A stretch of 64,000 bases of DNA, taken from an uncultured delta proteobacterium (lineage in GTDB: Bacteria; Desulfobacterota; RBG-13-43-22). Positions 49,993 to 60,755 of the stretch are shown here, in pieces. A program made the position numbers and the translations under genes. The first letter of the stretch is position 1. The number at the start of each line of letters is the position of its first letter. The notes beneath the pieces were generated by a model. That model worked only from the letters and a program-made list of their open reading frames with translations, ran no database searches and was not told the DNA's origin. The stretch spans positions 21,629 through 85,628 of the forward strand of contig CAVQFQ010000013.1 of NCBI GenBank assembly GCA_963711835.1. Direction: 5' to 3'.

Positions 49993-50319
49993 ATGAAAAA
50001 CAAAGGATCTCCCTTGGGAACAGAACGTCTGGACAGCCTGGCCTTTCTATTGAAATGCCTTTCCGATGAAAACCGCCTGCGCATCCTTTTCTGCCTCAAC
50101 CAGGGGAAAAAATCGGTTTCCCGTATCGTCGAGGAACTGGATCTCTCTCAACCCCTGGTTTCCCATCACCTGAAGGAATTGAAAAGGGCCCTTCTGGTCC
50201 AGGTGGAGCGGAACGGCCCTTTTATTTATTATGAGATTACCAATCCGGAAGTGATCGGACTCCTTAGGTCTCTGGAAAAACTGGCCACCGGGTTGATAAC
50301 AGCCAGAACAACTTTTTAA
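49993..50319 (+). CDS. ArsR/SmtB-family transcriptional regulator
   Basis: LSDENRLRIL, SQPLVSHHLKEL and ERNG..IYY motifs. Confidence 0.92.
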   Translation: MKNKGSPLGTERLDSLAFLLKCLSDENRLRILFCLNQGKKSVSRIVEELDLSQPLVSHHLKELKRALLVQVERNGPFIYYEITNPEVIGLLRSLEKLATGLITARTTF

Positions 50320-50338
50320 CCCTATAAGAGCGGAACCC

Positions 50339-50788
50339 ATGACAACCATTCAAGAAATCTTCCAAACCCTGGAGCCCCTGGAGGCCCTGGAGGCAATCGC
50401 TCCCCTGCTAAAGGAAGTCTTCGGACAAGTGGGGGAAGAGGTTCGCCTGCAATTTTTAATGGGCCTGGTGGATGAGAGCAATTCCGACAAGGTAGCCAGT
50501 CTGGTCCATCTCTGACTGGCCGAATGCATGGACGAAGGTGTCGATCCAACCCATATGTGCCAGAGCCTGGTGGAGAAAGTGGCCCATTCCAAACAACTGA
50601 AAGCCGTAGCCGACCCCGAGATCCTGGTTTTGTTCGAAGACTGGTTGGAGGAGCTGGAGGACGAGGTCATCGAGCAGGTTCGGAAAACCGGTACCCAGGA
50701 TCCTACCGTTTTGGCCCCGGCTCTGGGATTATCTCATTCGGGAATAACCTTTTTAATTACCAAGCTTAAACGGGAAGGAAGAATATAA
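50339..50788 (+). CDS. Selenoprotein with L-U-L-A-E-C motif (TsoA-like; Sec at 50513)
   Basis: The ATG at 50339 is in frame with the 50528 ORF across a single UGA. Hairpin TGGACGA-AGGTG-TCG(A)TCCA starts 13 nt downstream. C-terminal wHTH-like segment. Confidence 0.78.
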
Positions 50789-50822
50789 AAAAAGCAGCCG
50801 GTTGGTAAAAAGGGAATTAACC

Positions 50823-52556
50823 ATGAATAACAAAAAGATTACCATCATAGCCTTGGTACTGGTGGCTCTGGTAATAGGCGCTCTCTGGTTTACCAACCGG
50901 GCCGTGACCCCGAAAGAAGCCACCTGGGAGGATGTGCTTGGAGAAGCCAGGCTGGGCGGGTACGCGATTATCCGGACCGACGCCTTATGGGATCGCTATC
51001 AAAAAGAGCCCGGGGGGATCCTTTTAATCGATACCCGCCAGGAATGGGAATTTCGCACCGGCCATCTCAAGGGGGCTCTGAATTTTCCCATGGAGCCTAC
51101 GGCCTGGTCCAGGTGGCGAAAGCAGAAGCCCCTGGAAACCTTCCTGGGAAGGGATAAGACCCGTTTCATTGTCTTTTACTGAGCCGGTTTGACCTGAGTC
51201 CGCAGCGACTCAGCAGCCCGGGTGGCTGTGCAACTGGGATATTCGAATGTTTTTCGGGATCCTTACGGATACCCTGAATGGCAGGCAAAAGGGCTCCCCA
51301 TCGAAAGCCAGCCCGCGGGCCTTAGCGAAGGAACCTCCCCTCCCAAAACCCCCGGTCCCCTATACGGCTGGGCCATGGTCTGGACCTTATTGGGCATCTT
51401 CGCCGGAGGCATAGCCCTCAACCTGACGCCCTGCGTTTATCCCCTCATCCCCATTACCGTCTCCTATTTCGGCGGCCGGAGCGGACAGGGACAAGGGCGG
51501 CTCCTTCTGCATGGGTCTTTGTATATCGTGGGCTTGTCTATAACAAATTCCATCCTGGGAGTCGTAGCGGCCTTAACCGGCGGTCTTATGGGGGCCATGC
51601 TCCAGAACCCGGTGGTCCTGATCGTCGTGGCCGTCATTCTGGTCTTTTTCGCCACCAGCCTTTTGGGCTTCTGGGAACTGCGTCTGCCTGAGGGCCTGAA
51701 CCGGATGGCTTCGAAGTCTTATACCGGTTATTTCGGGACCCTGTTCATGGGCTTGACCCTTGGTGTGGTCGCCGCCCCCTGTATCGGTCCTTTTGTCTTA
51801 GGATTGCTGACCTGGGTGGCCGGTATGGGCTCTCCCTGGCTGGGATTTATCATCTTTTTCACCCTCAGTCTGGGCTTGGGACTGCCCCTTTTTCTCTTGG
51901 CCATTTTTTCAGGTAGGATCGAGAAACTTCCTCGTTCCGGAGAGTGGATGCTCTGGGTCCGCAAGCTCATGGGCTGGGTCCTGGTGGGCATGGCCGCTTA
52001 TTTTATCAGGCCTCTCTTACCTGAGACCGGGGGGATAATCCTGCTGGCCGGGGTAGCTTTCGTGGCCGGTTTGCATCTGGGATGGTTGGACAAGACCAAG
52101 GCGACCTTCAAGGCCTTTACCTGGTTCAAGGCCGTAGCGGGGCTGGCCGGCATGGTCATAGCCACTTTCTTGATCGGGTCTTGGGTCCTGCGCGGCCCTG
52201 GAGTGTCCTGGCAGACCTATTCAGATAAGCTTCTCATGGAGGCCCGGCAAGCCCAAAAACCGGTCATTATCGATTTTTATGCCACCTGGTGCACCCCCTG
52301 CCGGGAATTGGAAGGGATCACCTTTCATGATCCTGCGCTAGTGAAAGAAGCCGCCAAGAAATTCATGATGATCAAGGTGGACCTGACCCAGGGGGGAAAC
52401 CCTCTCTATGAGCGTTTGTTAAAACAGTATGAAGTTAAGGGAGTCCCCACTATCGTATTTTTAAGCCCGCAGGGGGAGGAACAGCGCCGACTCCGGCTGG
52501 TGGATTATCTACCCCCGGACCGGTTTTTAAAACATATGGCCGAGGCCGGAAAATAA
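50823..52556 (+). CDS. Rhodanese-DsbD fusion selenoprotein with two Sec (TsoB-like; UGA at 51180 and 51195)
   Basis: DTRQ.WEF..GHLKGA..IVFY-U-AGLT-U-VRS..LGYSNV..GYPEW continues in frame into DsbD (LTPCVYP, AAPCIGP, WCTPC). Two hairpins follow the UGAs. Confidence 0.88.
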
Positions 52557-52579
52557 TTTTCCTGATAAAGGAGAAAAAC

Positions 52580-52897
52580 ATGGTAAAAGTCCGCTGCTTT
52601 ATGAATGAACCTAATGGCAAGCCTTGAAAGCACTTTCAGGCCATGATGCCCAGGTTGGGCCAAAAATATGAACTTGAGACCGAGGTTATTTCCAAACCAA
52701 GGGCCGAATACCAGACCGACGAATACTTTGAACTGGATCTGCCGACGGCTCCGGCGGTGATGGTGGACGATGAAATCGTTGTCGAAGGATCCGATGTGGC
52801 CGAGGATAAGCTTGAGAATGTCATCCGGAAACACCTCGGGCTTCCGGAACTGGTACCTGAAAAGAAAGGGGTCTTGGGACGGCTTTTTGGCCGTTAG
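52580..52897 (+). CDS. Thioredoxin-like selenoprotein with NEPxGxxU motif (TsoC-like; Sec at 52625)
   Basis: RBS AAGGAG; MVKVRCFMNEPNGKP-U-KHFQAMMP is in frame with the 52643 ORF; APAVMVDD cis-Pro region; hairpin GCCCA-GGT-TGGGC. Confidence 0.82.
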
Positions 52898-53071
52898 ATC
52901 TAAGAATGCTTGTTCCTGAGAAGGACCTTCCATCTGATCGGACTTTCTGATAAAGATGGATTCATGAGGCAATCCTTCAAACCTCATTTCGCCCTTTAGC
53001 GGAAATTGAAGAGCTGAACCAATAAAAAGGGAATGTGGCCAAGGCCTTTTTTGGGCCTTAAGGGCAAACCG

Positions 53072-53767
53072 ATGAAAGAAGGAAAGGAAACGTCCGGCAA
53101 ACGATCCAGGGGCGCGGTCATCAAGGCGGCTGTTTTTGTCCTTTTCATCCTGGCCGCTGTTTATGTGGTTCGTTATACCCCCGTCAAGGAATTCCTGACG
53201 GTGGGAAAAATGAAACAGTTTTTGGATACCTCGGGCATTTGGGCACCGGTGATTTTTATTCTCATCTACACCCTGGCCATCTGTCTTTTTGTACCCGGTA
53301 CTCTAATAACCGCCGTAGGGGCGGCCATATTTGGGGCCTATTGGGGATTCGTCTATGTTTTGGCCGGGGCCATCCTGGGGGCCACAGTCACCTTTTTCAT
53401 CGGCCGATATTTGGGCAGAGATTTTGCCGCTTCCGTTATCGGGGATAGACTCAAAAAATATGACGAGGCCATCGAACGAAATGGTTTTGCCACCGTTCTC
53501 TATTTACGGCTGATTTACTTTCCCTTTACAGCCATGGATTTTGGTATGGGCCTGACCCGGGTCCGTTTTTGGGATTATTTTTGGGGTACCTTACTGGGTA
53601 TCCTCGTCGGCACCTTTGTCTTTACTTTTTTTGTTGGAACCATAAAAGAGGTTTGGGCCAGTGGGGATTGGGGGCAACTCCTGTCGGGAAAGGTTTTTCT
53701 TTCGGTGGCCTTGTTTGTTTTTTCCTTATTCATTCCAAAAATTATCAAGAAATTTAAAAAAGAATAA
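53072..53767 (+). CDS. TVP38/TMEM64 (DedA/VTT) membrane protein
   Basis: PGT....G..FG...G, F.IGRY.G and LRL..FPF...G.T motifs. Confidence 0.88.
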   Translation: MKEGKETSGKRSRGAVIKAAVFVLFILAAVYVVRYTPVKEFLTVGKMKQFLDTSGIWAPVIFILIYTLAICLFVPGTLITAVGAAIFGAYWGFVYVLAGAILGATVTFFIGRYLGRDFAASVIGDRLKKYDEAIERNGFATVLYLRLIYFPFTAMDFGMGLTRVRFWDYFWGTLLGILVGTFVFTFFVGTIKEVWASGDWGQLLSGKVFLSVALFVFSLFIPKIIKKFKKE

Positions 53768-53778
53768 AGGAGGTACTT

Positions 53779-54108
53779 ATGCCTGCGTTCGAGTATGAAG
53801 GAATAAAGATCACGGTTGATGAGGAAGGATACCTGGTAAATTTCGATGACTGGACCGAAAAAGTGGCCTGTGCTTTAGCTGAAAGAGAAGGGGTCGGAAA
53901 AACCTGTCCGATGAACAAGGAGCAGTTGGAAATATTACAATTTATTCGTGACTATTATAAAAGGTTCAATTCGGTTCCCATAGTCCGGGCCGTTTGCACC
54001 AATGTCCATCAGCCCAAGGCCTGTGAATATATCCAGTTTCCGGATCCTATCACCACCTGTAAGATTGCCGGGATACCCAAACTGGACACCGGCTATGACC
54101 TGATGTAA
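53779..54108 (+). CDS. TusE/DsrC-family protein lacking the C-terminal Cys
   Basis: VDEEGYL.N..DW...VA..LA and CKIAGIPK motifs; ends DTGYDLM. Confidence 0.85.
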   Translation: MPAFEYEGIKITVDEEGYLVNFDDWTEKVACALAEREGVGKTCPMNKEQLEILQFIRDYYKRFNSVPIVRAVCTNVHQPKACEYIQFPDPITTCKIAGIPKLDTGYDLM

Positions 54109-54395
54109 GGGACCGATAAAAACGAGCAATTCCCCTGCATACCGAGGGCATGTCAAATTGTTTTTTGTCTGCCAGGGGTTATGATTGGACTCGGCAGGAC
54201 CGATTAGTTTTCTGCTGAAAAAAAATTCCGGAAATTTGGGCTAATTAAGGACAACCGCCCGTTTTTCCATAAAATTAGGCTTCTTGAAATAATTTACTTC
54301 CCTTGCCTTCTCAAATAGGGTAGGAAAACCTTTTAAAGGACCTACCCCTTTCAAATTTATTCCACTGATTTTTTAAAAAGTTGGAGGATGCCCTT

Positions 54396-56444
54396 ATGGG
54401 TGAAGCCACTCTACCCAAACCTTTGGGGCCGGCAACCGAACTGGAAACCCGTTGTATCAACACCATCCGCATGCTGGCCGTCGATGCCGTACAAAAGGCC
54501 AGCTCCGGGCACCCGGGAATGCCCATGGGGACGGCCCCCCTGGCCTTCGTTCTCTGGACCCGCTTTCTGAAGCATAATCCTCAAAACCCGAACTGGCCCG
54601 ACCGGGACCGCTTTGTTTTGTCCGCCGGGCACGGCTCCATGCTTTTGTACAGCCTGCTTTTTCTGACCGGATATGACCTGACCCTGGAAGACCTCAAAAA
54701 CTTTCGCCAGTGGGGCAGCAAAACTCCCGGGCATCCTGAATACCGCCATGCCCCGGGTGTGGAAACCACCACCGGCCCTCTGGGACAGGGTTTTGCCAAT
54801 GCCGTAGGGATGGCCATGGCCGAACAATTCCTGGCCGCCCATTTCAACCGGCCCGGGTTCCTTCCGGTGGATCACTTCACCTATGTGTTGGCCAGCGACG
54901 GCGATCTCATGGAAGGGGTTTCTCATGAAGCCGCCTCCTTGGCCGGGCATCTCAAGCTGGGTAAATTGATCTGTCTTTATGACGACAACCACATTTCCAT
55001 TGAGGGCAGCACGGACCTGTCCTTTACCGAAGACCGTTTGGCCCGTTTCAAGGCCTACGGCTGGCATATCCAGCAGGTAAAGGACGGCGAAGATTTAGTC
55101 GCCATTACCAAGGCCATTAAAAAGGCCCAGCGCCTATCAGACCGGCCTTCCCTGATTGCCGTCCGCACCTGCATCGGCTGCGGCAGTCCCAACAAGCAGG
55201 ACAAGTCCTCGGCTCATGGGGAGCCTTTGGGGGAAGAGGAAGTCCGCCTCACCAAGCTGAATCTTAATTGGCCGCTGGAACCGGCCTTTTATGTGCCCGA
55301 TGACGTCTTGGCTTGTTTCCGCCAGGCCCTCAAGAAGGGAAAAATGAGGGAACGGAGATGGGGAAGGCTTATGAAAGCCTATGAAAAAGAATTCCCGGAT
55401 CCGGCCCGCCAATGGCGCCAGTGGATAAGCGGCGAATTGCCTGCCGGCTGGGATAAGGATCTCCCTGGTTTTCCTGCCGATCCCAAAGGGATGGCCACCC
55501 GGGTAGCCTCCGGAACAGTGCTCAACGCCCTGGCCCCCCGCCTGACCAATTTAATCGGCGGTTCCGCTGATCTGGAACCTTCCAACAAAACCTTTATCAA
55601 GGGTTCGAAGAACTTCGGGGTGGATGGCTTCGAACAGCGCAACCTGCGCTTCGGGGTCCGGGAACATGGCATGGGCTCGATCATGAACGGCCTGGCCTTG
55701 CACGGGGGAATCATTCCTTACGGCGGGACCTTTTTGATTTTTTCCGATTATATGCGTCCCCCCATCCGGCTGGCCTCCATGATGGGCCTTAAGGTCATTT
55801 ATATCTTCACCCATGACAGTATCGGCCTGGGCGAAGACGGCCCTACCCATCAACCCATCGAACAACTGGCCGGCCTCCGGGCGGTCCCCAACCTGTTGGT
55901 CATCCGGCCGGCCGACGCCAACGAGACCGCCGAGGCCTGGCGGGTGGCCCTGGCGCATAAAAACGGACCGGTGGCCCTGATCCTGACCCGGCAGAACTTG
56001 CCCACCCTGGACCGAACCCAGATGGCCCCAGCCTCCGGTTTAGCCAAGGGGGGCTACGTGCTCCGGAAAAGCGGGGAAGGCCTACCCGAATTGATCCTTA
56101 TCTCCAGCGGATCCGAAATCCCGCTGGCCCTGGAGGCAGCAGACCGGTTGCAGGAGAAGGGAATTCAAACCTGGGTGGTCAACCTGCCCAGTTGGAGGTT
56201 GTTTGAAGAGCAGTCCGAGGACTACCGCCGGCAGGTTCTGCCTCCCGGGATAAAAGCCCGACTGGCCATCGAAGCCGGAAGCACCCAGGGCTGGCATCGT
56301 TATGTCGGAACGGAAGGAGCTGTCCTCGGTCTGGATCACTTCGGCGCCTCGGCCCCTTATAAAACCCTGTACGAGAAATTCGGACTCACGGTCGATAGCC
56401 TGGTGAAAAAAGCCTTGGAGATTTTGGAAAAGCTGAAAAATTAG
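54396..56444 (+). CDS. tkt: Transketolase
   Basis: [30 protein letters not shown] and GEDGPTHQP motifs. Confidence 0.97.
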   Translation: MGEATLPKPLGPATELETRCINTIRMLAVDAVQKASSGHPGMPMGTAPLAFVLWTRFLKHNPQNPNWPDRDRFVLSAGHGSMLLYSLLFLTGYDLTLEDLKNFRQWGSKTPGHPEYRHAPGVETTTGPLGQGFANAVGMAMAEQFLAAHFNRPGFLPVDHFTYVLASDGDLMEGVSHEAASLAGHLKLGKLICLYDDNHISIEGSTDLSFTEDRLARFKAYGWHIQQVKDGEDLVAITKAIKKAQRLSDRPSLIAVRTCIGCGSPNKQDKSSAHGEPLGEEEVRLTKLNLNWPLEPAFYVPDDVLACFRQALKKGKMRERRWGRLMKAYEKEFPDPARQWRQWISGELPAGWDKDLPGFPADPKGMATRVASGTVLNALAPRLTNLIGGSADLEPSNKTFIKGSKNFGVDGFEQRNLRFGVREHGMGSIMNGLALHGGIIPYGGTFLIFSDYMRPPIRLASMMGLKVIYIFTHDSIGLGEDGPTHQPIEQLAGLRAVPNLLVIRPADANETAEAWRVALAHKNGPVALILTRQNLPTLDRTQMAPASGLAKGGYVLRKSGEGLPELILISSGSEIPLALEAADRLQEKGIQTWVVNLPSWRLFEEQSEDYRRQVLPPGIKARLAIEAGSTQGWHRYVGTEGAVLGLDHFGASAPYKTLYEKFGLTVDSLVKKALEILEKLKN

Positions 56445-56767
56445 AGTTTGTCCCAAGGTTACGTGATTCTCAAACCGAAGGGATAGTCTTAAAAAAATAT
56501 TAAATCACCCCAAAGGGCTTCAGGGGTCTTGATTTCAAGGATTGTCCGCCAAAACGCCGGCAGCCTGAATCCGGGCAGGAAGTTTATAGGGGGGTTTAGA
56601 AACAGGCCAACACCAAAGTCCCGCGTTCCGCGGGATGAATGCCCGGCTCCCAACCAAGTTAGAAATTCGGGCCGGGTTGGGGCTATGGATACCCTTTCGG
56701 ACAATCCTTGAAATCAAGACCCCTGAAACCCTCGACGAATGGATGGCTTAACTTTGGGACTATCTCA
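56443..56767. mobile_element. MITE-like repeat, copy E (325 bp)
   Basis: Perfect 6-bp duplication AAAATT; sits between two convergent stop codons. Confidence 0.9.
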
Positions 56768-56771
56768 AAAA

Positions 56772-57224
56772 TTAAATTCTGCCGGGATCAAGGAGTTTGA
56801 ATCCCAGGTCCGGCTCCAGCTTGCGCAAGGCGGAAGTATCCAGGAGTTCAAAGAGGATCACCTCGATTACCTGCCAGGTCTTAACACCTGTTCGGACACA
56901 GCCGGTTACCGTAGCCTCCTCCCGGCCGGCGGCGACGTGCATATGCAGGATGGGAATTCCGGCCTCGTCCGGGAAGAGAGTTCCCGCGCCCACGATTTCA
57001 TGGACATCGGCCAGCTCATGAACCATGGGTATTATGGGTCTGGCGCGCCCGTCTCGGGGACCCACCACCAAACGGCTGCCGCTATCCGCCCCGCCTAAAA
57101 CAATCAAGGTCGCCGCCCGGATTTTCTTTGCTTCGGCAAACGCTTCAATCGTCTCATGCAGAATTTCCCCGTCTTCCAACCGGATTATAAAGACCCTGCC
57201 CTGCCTGGCTTCCGAAAATTTCAT
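56772..57224 (-). CDS. PPC-domain (DUF296) protein
   Basis: RLEDGE, LHMH and EVIL.E motifs. Confidence 0.85.
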   Translation of the reverse strand: MKFSEARQGRVFIIRLEDGEILHETIEAFAEAKKIRAATLIVLGGADSGSRLVVGPRDGRARPIIPMVHELADVHEIVGAGTLFPDEAGIPILHMHVAAGREEATVTGCVRTGVKTWQVIEVILFELLDTSALRKLEPDLGFKLLDPGRI

Positions 57225-57655
57225 GACAATTCTTGAACCTGAATAAACGCGCCATAAAGGCTTAAGAACTTTTTGATATCGTGCAATCTTTCTTGGATGA
57301 TTCTAAAAATCTCCGAATCATCTAAGTCCCAGTAAATATGGACCAGCCGGTTTCTAAACCTTGCCATTTGAGTGAGTTCGAGAGCAAAGGTCTCATCTAT
57401 AGCTCCAATTTCTTCCATGACCTTAAAGGTATCTGCATAATCCTCGGGAGTACGGAAGCCGTTTTTTGCAATGAGATGGTGACATAAATCAACAACCCCT
57501 TCGATAGCAACGATCAGGTTATACTTGGCACTGCCAACTTTGTGGGGGTCGGCGCAAAAATTGGGTTCCGGAAGTTCCTTCAATTCCTCGAGGCGATGCA
57601 GGGCATTCCTAATTTCGGAAGTAAGTTTTCTTACTTTGTCAAGATCGTATTGCAT
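57221..57655 (-). CDS. HepT-like HEPN toxin (DUF86)
   Basis: FRNRLVHIY (Rx4HxY) motif. Confidence 0.88.
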   Translation of the reverse strand: MQYDLDKVRKLTSEIRNALHRLEELKELPEPNFCADPHKVGSAKYNLIVAIEGVVDLCHHLIAKNGFRTPEDYADTFKVMEEIGAIDETFALELTQMARFRNRLVHIYWDLDDSEIFRIIQERLHDIKKFLSLYGAFIQVQELS

Positions 57656-58073
57656 GGGCCAAGGCCTCTTTTAGATACCTGTGATGGAATGGGGCAAAAT
57701 CGAGATAGTCATTTATTGTTTTTTCAATGAAATTGCTTTTTACCTCATCCTTCTTTGAAAACAACAACTCCCCCTGCTTTATCACGGCATACCTAAAGGC
57801 AAGCGGGGCTTGATTAAGAAGGCGAATTTCTGAGGGAATATTTTTCACCAATCGGGTCATCTGCGCCTCGATTTCAAGTTCATACCTCAGGGATGAGACG
57901 GAAATGGGTTCGAGGAAGAGCGCTATATCGATGTCCCTAAATCTACGATCGGTAAGGAAAGACCCATGAATAAAGGCAAATAGAATCTCCGGCCTCTTCT
58001 GAAGATTGGCGGCTATCTGGTGTTTAATGGCTTCTCTTTCCTGTTTTGGTATTTGATAAGTATGGTTTTCCAT
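57639..58073 (-). CDS. MntA-like minimal nucleotidyltransferase antitoxin
   Basis: HGSF......DIDIA motif; overlaps the HEPN gene. Confidence 0.88.
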   Translation of the reverse strand: MENHTYQIPKQEREAIKHQIAANLQKRPEILFAFIHGSFLTDRRFRDIDIALFLEPISVSSLRYELEIEAQMTRLVKNIPSEIRLLNQAPLAFRYAVIKQGELLFSKKDEVKSNFIEKTINDYLDFAPFHHRYLKEALAHAIRS

Positions 58074-58191
58074 GGGCACCATAGTACTAAAACCTTTCGC
58101 AAATATCAAGCCGGGACCCATTTTTTAAGCTTGACAGGCTTTAGGGGTAAAGGGAAGATAATGAAGCCAATTTTCCGAAGAAGGGACTTTC

Positions 58192-60108
58192 ATGAAACAA
58201 ATTATCCTCGGCACCGCCGGACATATTGATCACGGCAAAACCAGTCTGGTTAAGGCCTTGACCGGGATCGATACCGACCGTCTCAAAGAGGAAAAAGAAC
58301 GGGGCATCACCATCGAATTGGGTTTCGCCTATCTGGATCTGCCCAGCGGCCAGCGTTTGGGCATCATTGATGTGCCGGGACACGAGCGGTTTATTAAGAA
58401 TATGGTCGCCGGGGCCAGCACCATTGACCTGGTGGCCCTGATCATTGCCGCCGATGAAGGGATTATGCCCCAGACCCGCGAGCATCTGGATATCTGCACG
58501 CTGTTGGGGATTAAGAAGGGCCTGGTGGCCTTGACCAAAATCGATATGGTCGAAGAGGACTGGTTGGATCTGGTCCAGGAAGATATTAAGGAGTTCCTAA
58601 AAGGCACGTTTCTGGAAGGAGTCCCCCTGGTACCGGTTTCTTCGACCACCGGTCAGGGGATACCGGAACTGATCGGCATACTGGAGAAATTAGCCGCCGA
58701 GATCGAGGAGCGCTCTTCAGCAGGGATTTTCAGGCTTCCCGTGGATCGGGTGTTTACCATGCGGGGTTTTGGAACGGTTATCACCGGGACGGCTATTTCA
58801 GGCAGCCTTTCCGTGGGCGATCAGGTCACCATCTATCCCCAGGAGATTCAGGCCAAGGTCCGCGGCATCCAGGTCCATAATCAGGATACGGAGCAGGTCC
58901 GGGCCGGCTTGCGGACGGCCGTCAATTTTCAGGGCATTGAGAAAGCGACCGTCAATAGAGGCGATATCGTCTCCAGCCCTCTGGGATTATTTCCTTCCTC
59001 CTTTTTGGACATCCGCATCACTATGCTCAAGTCCGCTGAAAGGCCCCTGAAAAATCGGGCCCAGGTCCGTTTCCACAGCGGCACCAGCGAGATCATGGGC
59101 CGGGTGGTTCTGCTGGAAGGGGAAGAAATTAAGCCCGGCGAATCCCAGTTCTGCCAGCTTCGACTGACCGAGTTGGTGGCCCTCTTGCCCGGGGATCTGG
59201 CTGTTATCCGAAGTTATTCCCCGGTCCGGACTATCGGCGGAGCCCAGGTCTTGAATGTGATTCCGGGAAAGCATAAGCGCCTGCAAGCCGAGGTGGCCAG
59301 CCAGCTCCGGGTCCTGGAATCGGGTTCGGACTCCGAAAAGACCGCCCTCCAGGTATTGCTGGCCGGGGCCATGGGGATGTCCCGGCAGAAGCTGGGCCGG
59401 GTCCTGGCCGTTCCCCCTAAAAAGCTGGATGAAATATTGAAAGACCTCCTTTCCCATCGGGTGTTGATTCAGTGGGATAAGGAAAATCGTTTTATGGTTC
59501 ATCAGGAGGAATTTTCCAAACTCCTGAAGGCCATTGAAGAATTGTTGAGGGAATACCATAAGACCAATCCTTTGAAACCCGGATTGCAGAAGGAGGAACT
59601 GAAATCCCGCCTGCCCCAGATCAAAGAAGCCAAGCTGTTTAATTTCATCCTCAACCACCTCTCCGACCAAGGGATCCTGGTCCAGGAAAAGGAGCTGGTC
59701 CGGCTTAAAAGCCACACGGTGCAACTGAAGGAAGACCAGCAGGCCGCCCGGGATGCCATTGAAAATATCTATCTCAAAAGCGGCCTGGAGCCTCCCTACT
59801 TTAAAGATTTGGTGGAAAAGTACCCTAAGGGGAATCCCAAGGAAGTCCTTGATTTGATGGTCAAGGAAGGCAAGCTGATCAAGGTCAAGGAGGACCTATA
59901 TTTCCACAGTCAGGCCATCGAAGGATTAAAGAAAAAACTGGTCCAGTGGCTGAGAGAGAAAAAAGAAATCACCACCCCGGAATTCAAGGAAATGACCCGG
60001 ACCTCCCGCAAATACACTATTCCCTTGCTGGAATATTTCGACGCCATCCAAATGACCATGCGGGTCGAGGACAAACGCCTGCTCAGAGAAAGCAAGGAAA
60101 CCGCCTAA
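58192..60108 (+). CDS. selB: Selenocysteine-specific elongation factor
   Basis: [30 protein letters not shown], and C-terminal winged helix [13 protein letters not shown]. Confidence 0.96.
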   Translation: MKQIILGTAGHIDHGKTSLVKALTGIDTDRLKEEKERGITIELGFAYLDLPSGQRLGIIDVPGHERFIKNMVAGASTIDLVALIIAADEGIMPQTREHLDICTLLGIKKGLVALTKIDMVEEDWLDLVQEDIKEFLKGTFLEGVPLVPVSSTTGQGIPELIGILEKLAAEIEERSSAGIFRLPVDRVFTMRGFGTVITGTAISGSLSVGDQVTIYPQEIQAKVRGIQVHNQDTEQVRAGLRTAVNFQGIEKATVNRGDIVSSPLGLFPSSFLDIRITMLKSAERPLKNRAQVRFHSGTSEIMGRVVLLEGEEIKPGESQFCQLRLTELVALLPGDLAVIRSYSPVRTIGGAQVLNVIPGKHKRLQAEVASQLRVLESGSDSEKTALQVLLAGAMGMSRQKLGRVLAVPPKKLDEILKDLLSHRVLIQWDKENRFMVHQEEFSKLLKAIEELLREYHKTNPLKPGLQKEELKSRLPQIKEAKLFNFILNHLSDQGILVQEKELVRLKSHTVQLKEDQQAARDAIENIYLKSGLEPPYFKDLVEKYPKGNPKEVLDLMVKEGKLIKVKEDLYFHSQAIEGLKKKLVQWLREKKEITTPEFKEMTRTSRKYTIPLLEYFDAIQMTMRVEDKRLLRESKETA

Positions 60109-60409
60109 GATAACCACCCTTCTCACTTCAAAGATCTCCTTCTCCAAATTCCGAAGTTTTTTGCCCATAAGGGCTGGCAAGCTTTTGCTCGGCGAAACCT
60201 GCCCCGGTAATATGTAACCCGGGGATCCGCTGGGCAAAAATCTTATCGTCCGCCTTTGTCCGTGCCTGCCCCGCTTGCCCTATGGAATGAAGTCGCAGTA
60301 CGGTTGAGTTATGAAAGGGATTGGCCATGTTGCCAATCCCTTGCCTTCCGGCCTCCGGCGGGCTGGATGATTTTCCCCCTGCGCTCCTTCCGCAGGGGGA
60401 AAATAAAGC

Positions 60410-60710
60410 ATCAGTGGAATCCGTGAAATCCGTGCCAAAAAAGTCTTTCACCCCCGAAGCGGCAGGCCTCTTTTTCTTTTTCGGCACCTCCCGAAAAAAG
60501 AAAAAAAGGAATTCCTCTGCGTCCTCTGTGGTGAATTCGTCCTCCCTTTCAGCTTTCAGCTACGAGCTATGAGCTCTTATTGCCCTCCGCGCACTCTGTG
60601 AGAAATCGTCTTCGTCTTTCCTTTGAGCTATCAGCTTTCCGCTATGAGCTTCAATAGTACCGCAGCACTGCAGCACCTCGGCACTAATGCCTCTTTCCTA
60701 TGAGCTATTC
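60410..60710. repeat. Cluster of short-period REP-like repeats
   Basis: ATCCGTGAAATCCGTG, CTCTGCGTCCTCTGTG, (TCAGCTT/TGAGCTA)n and GCAGCACT runs. Confidence 0.55.
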
Positions 60711-60755
60711 CCGCTTCACTCCTCAGGGCATAATATATGAGGGCGTCCCTCCAGT

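Noticed and set aside
60170-60290. Possible tRNA-Sec (selC) after selB
   Set aside because: GC-rich hairpins are present, but I could not build a cloverleaf, a TCA anticodon arm or a T-loop.
60725-60745. dif/Xer-like site near the ISNCY end
   Set aside because: Only GCATAAT matches; the XerD arm (TTATGTTAAAT) is absent.
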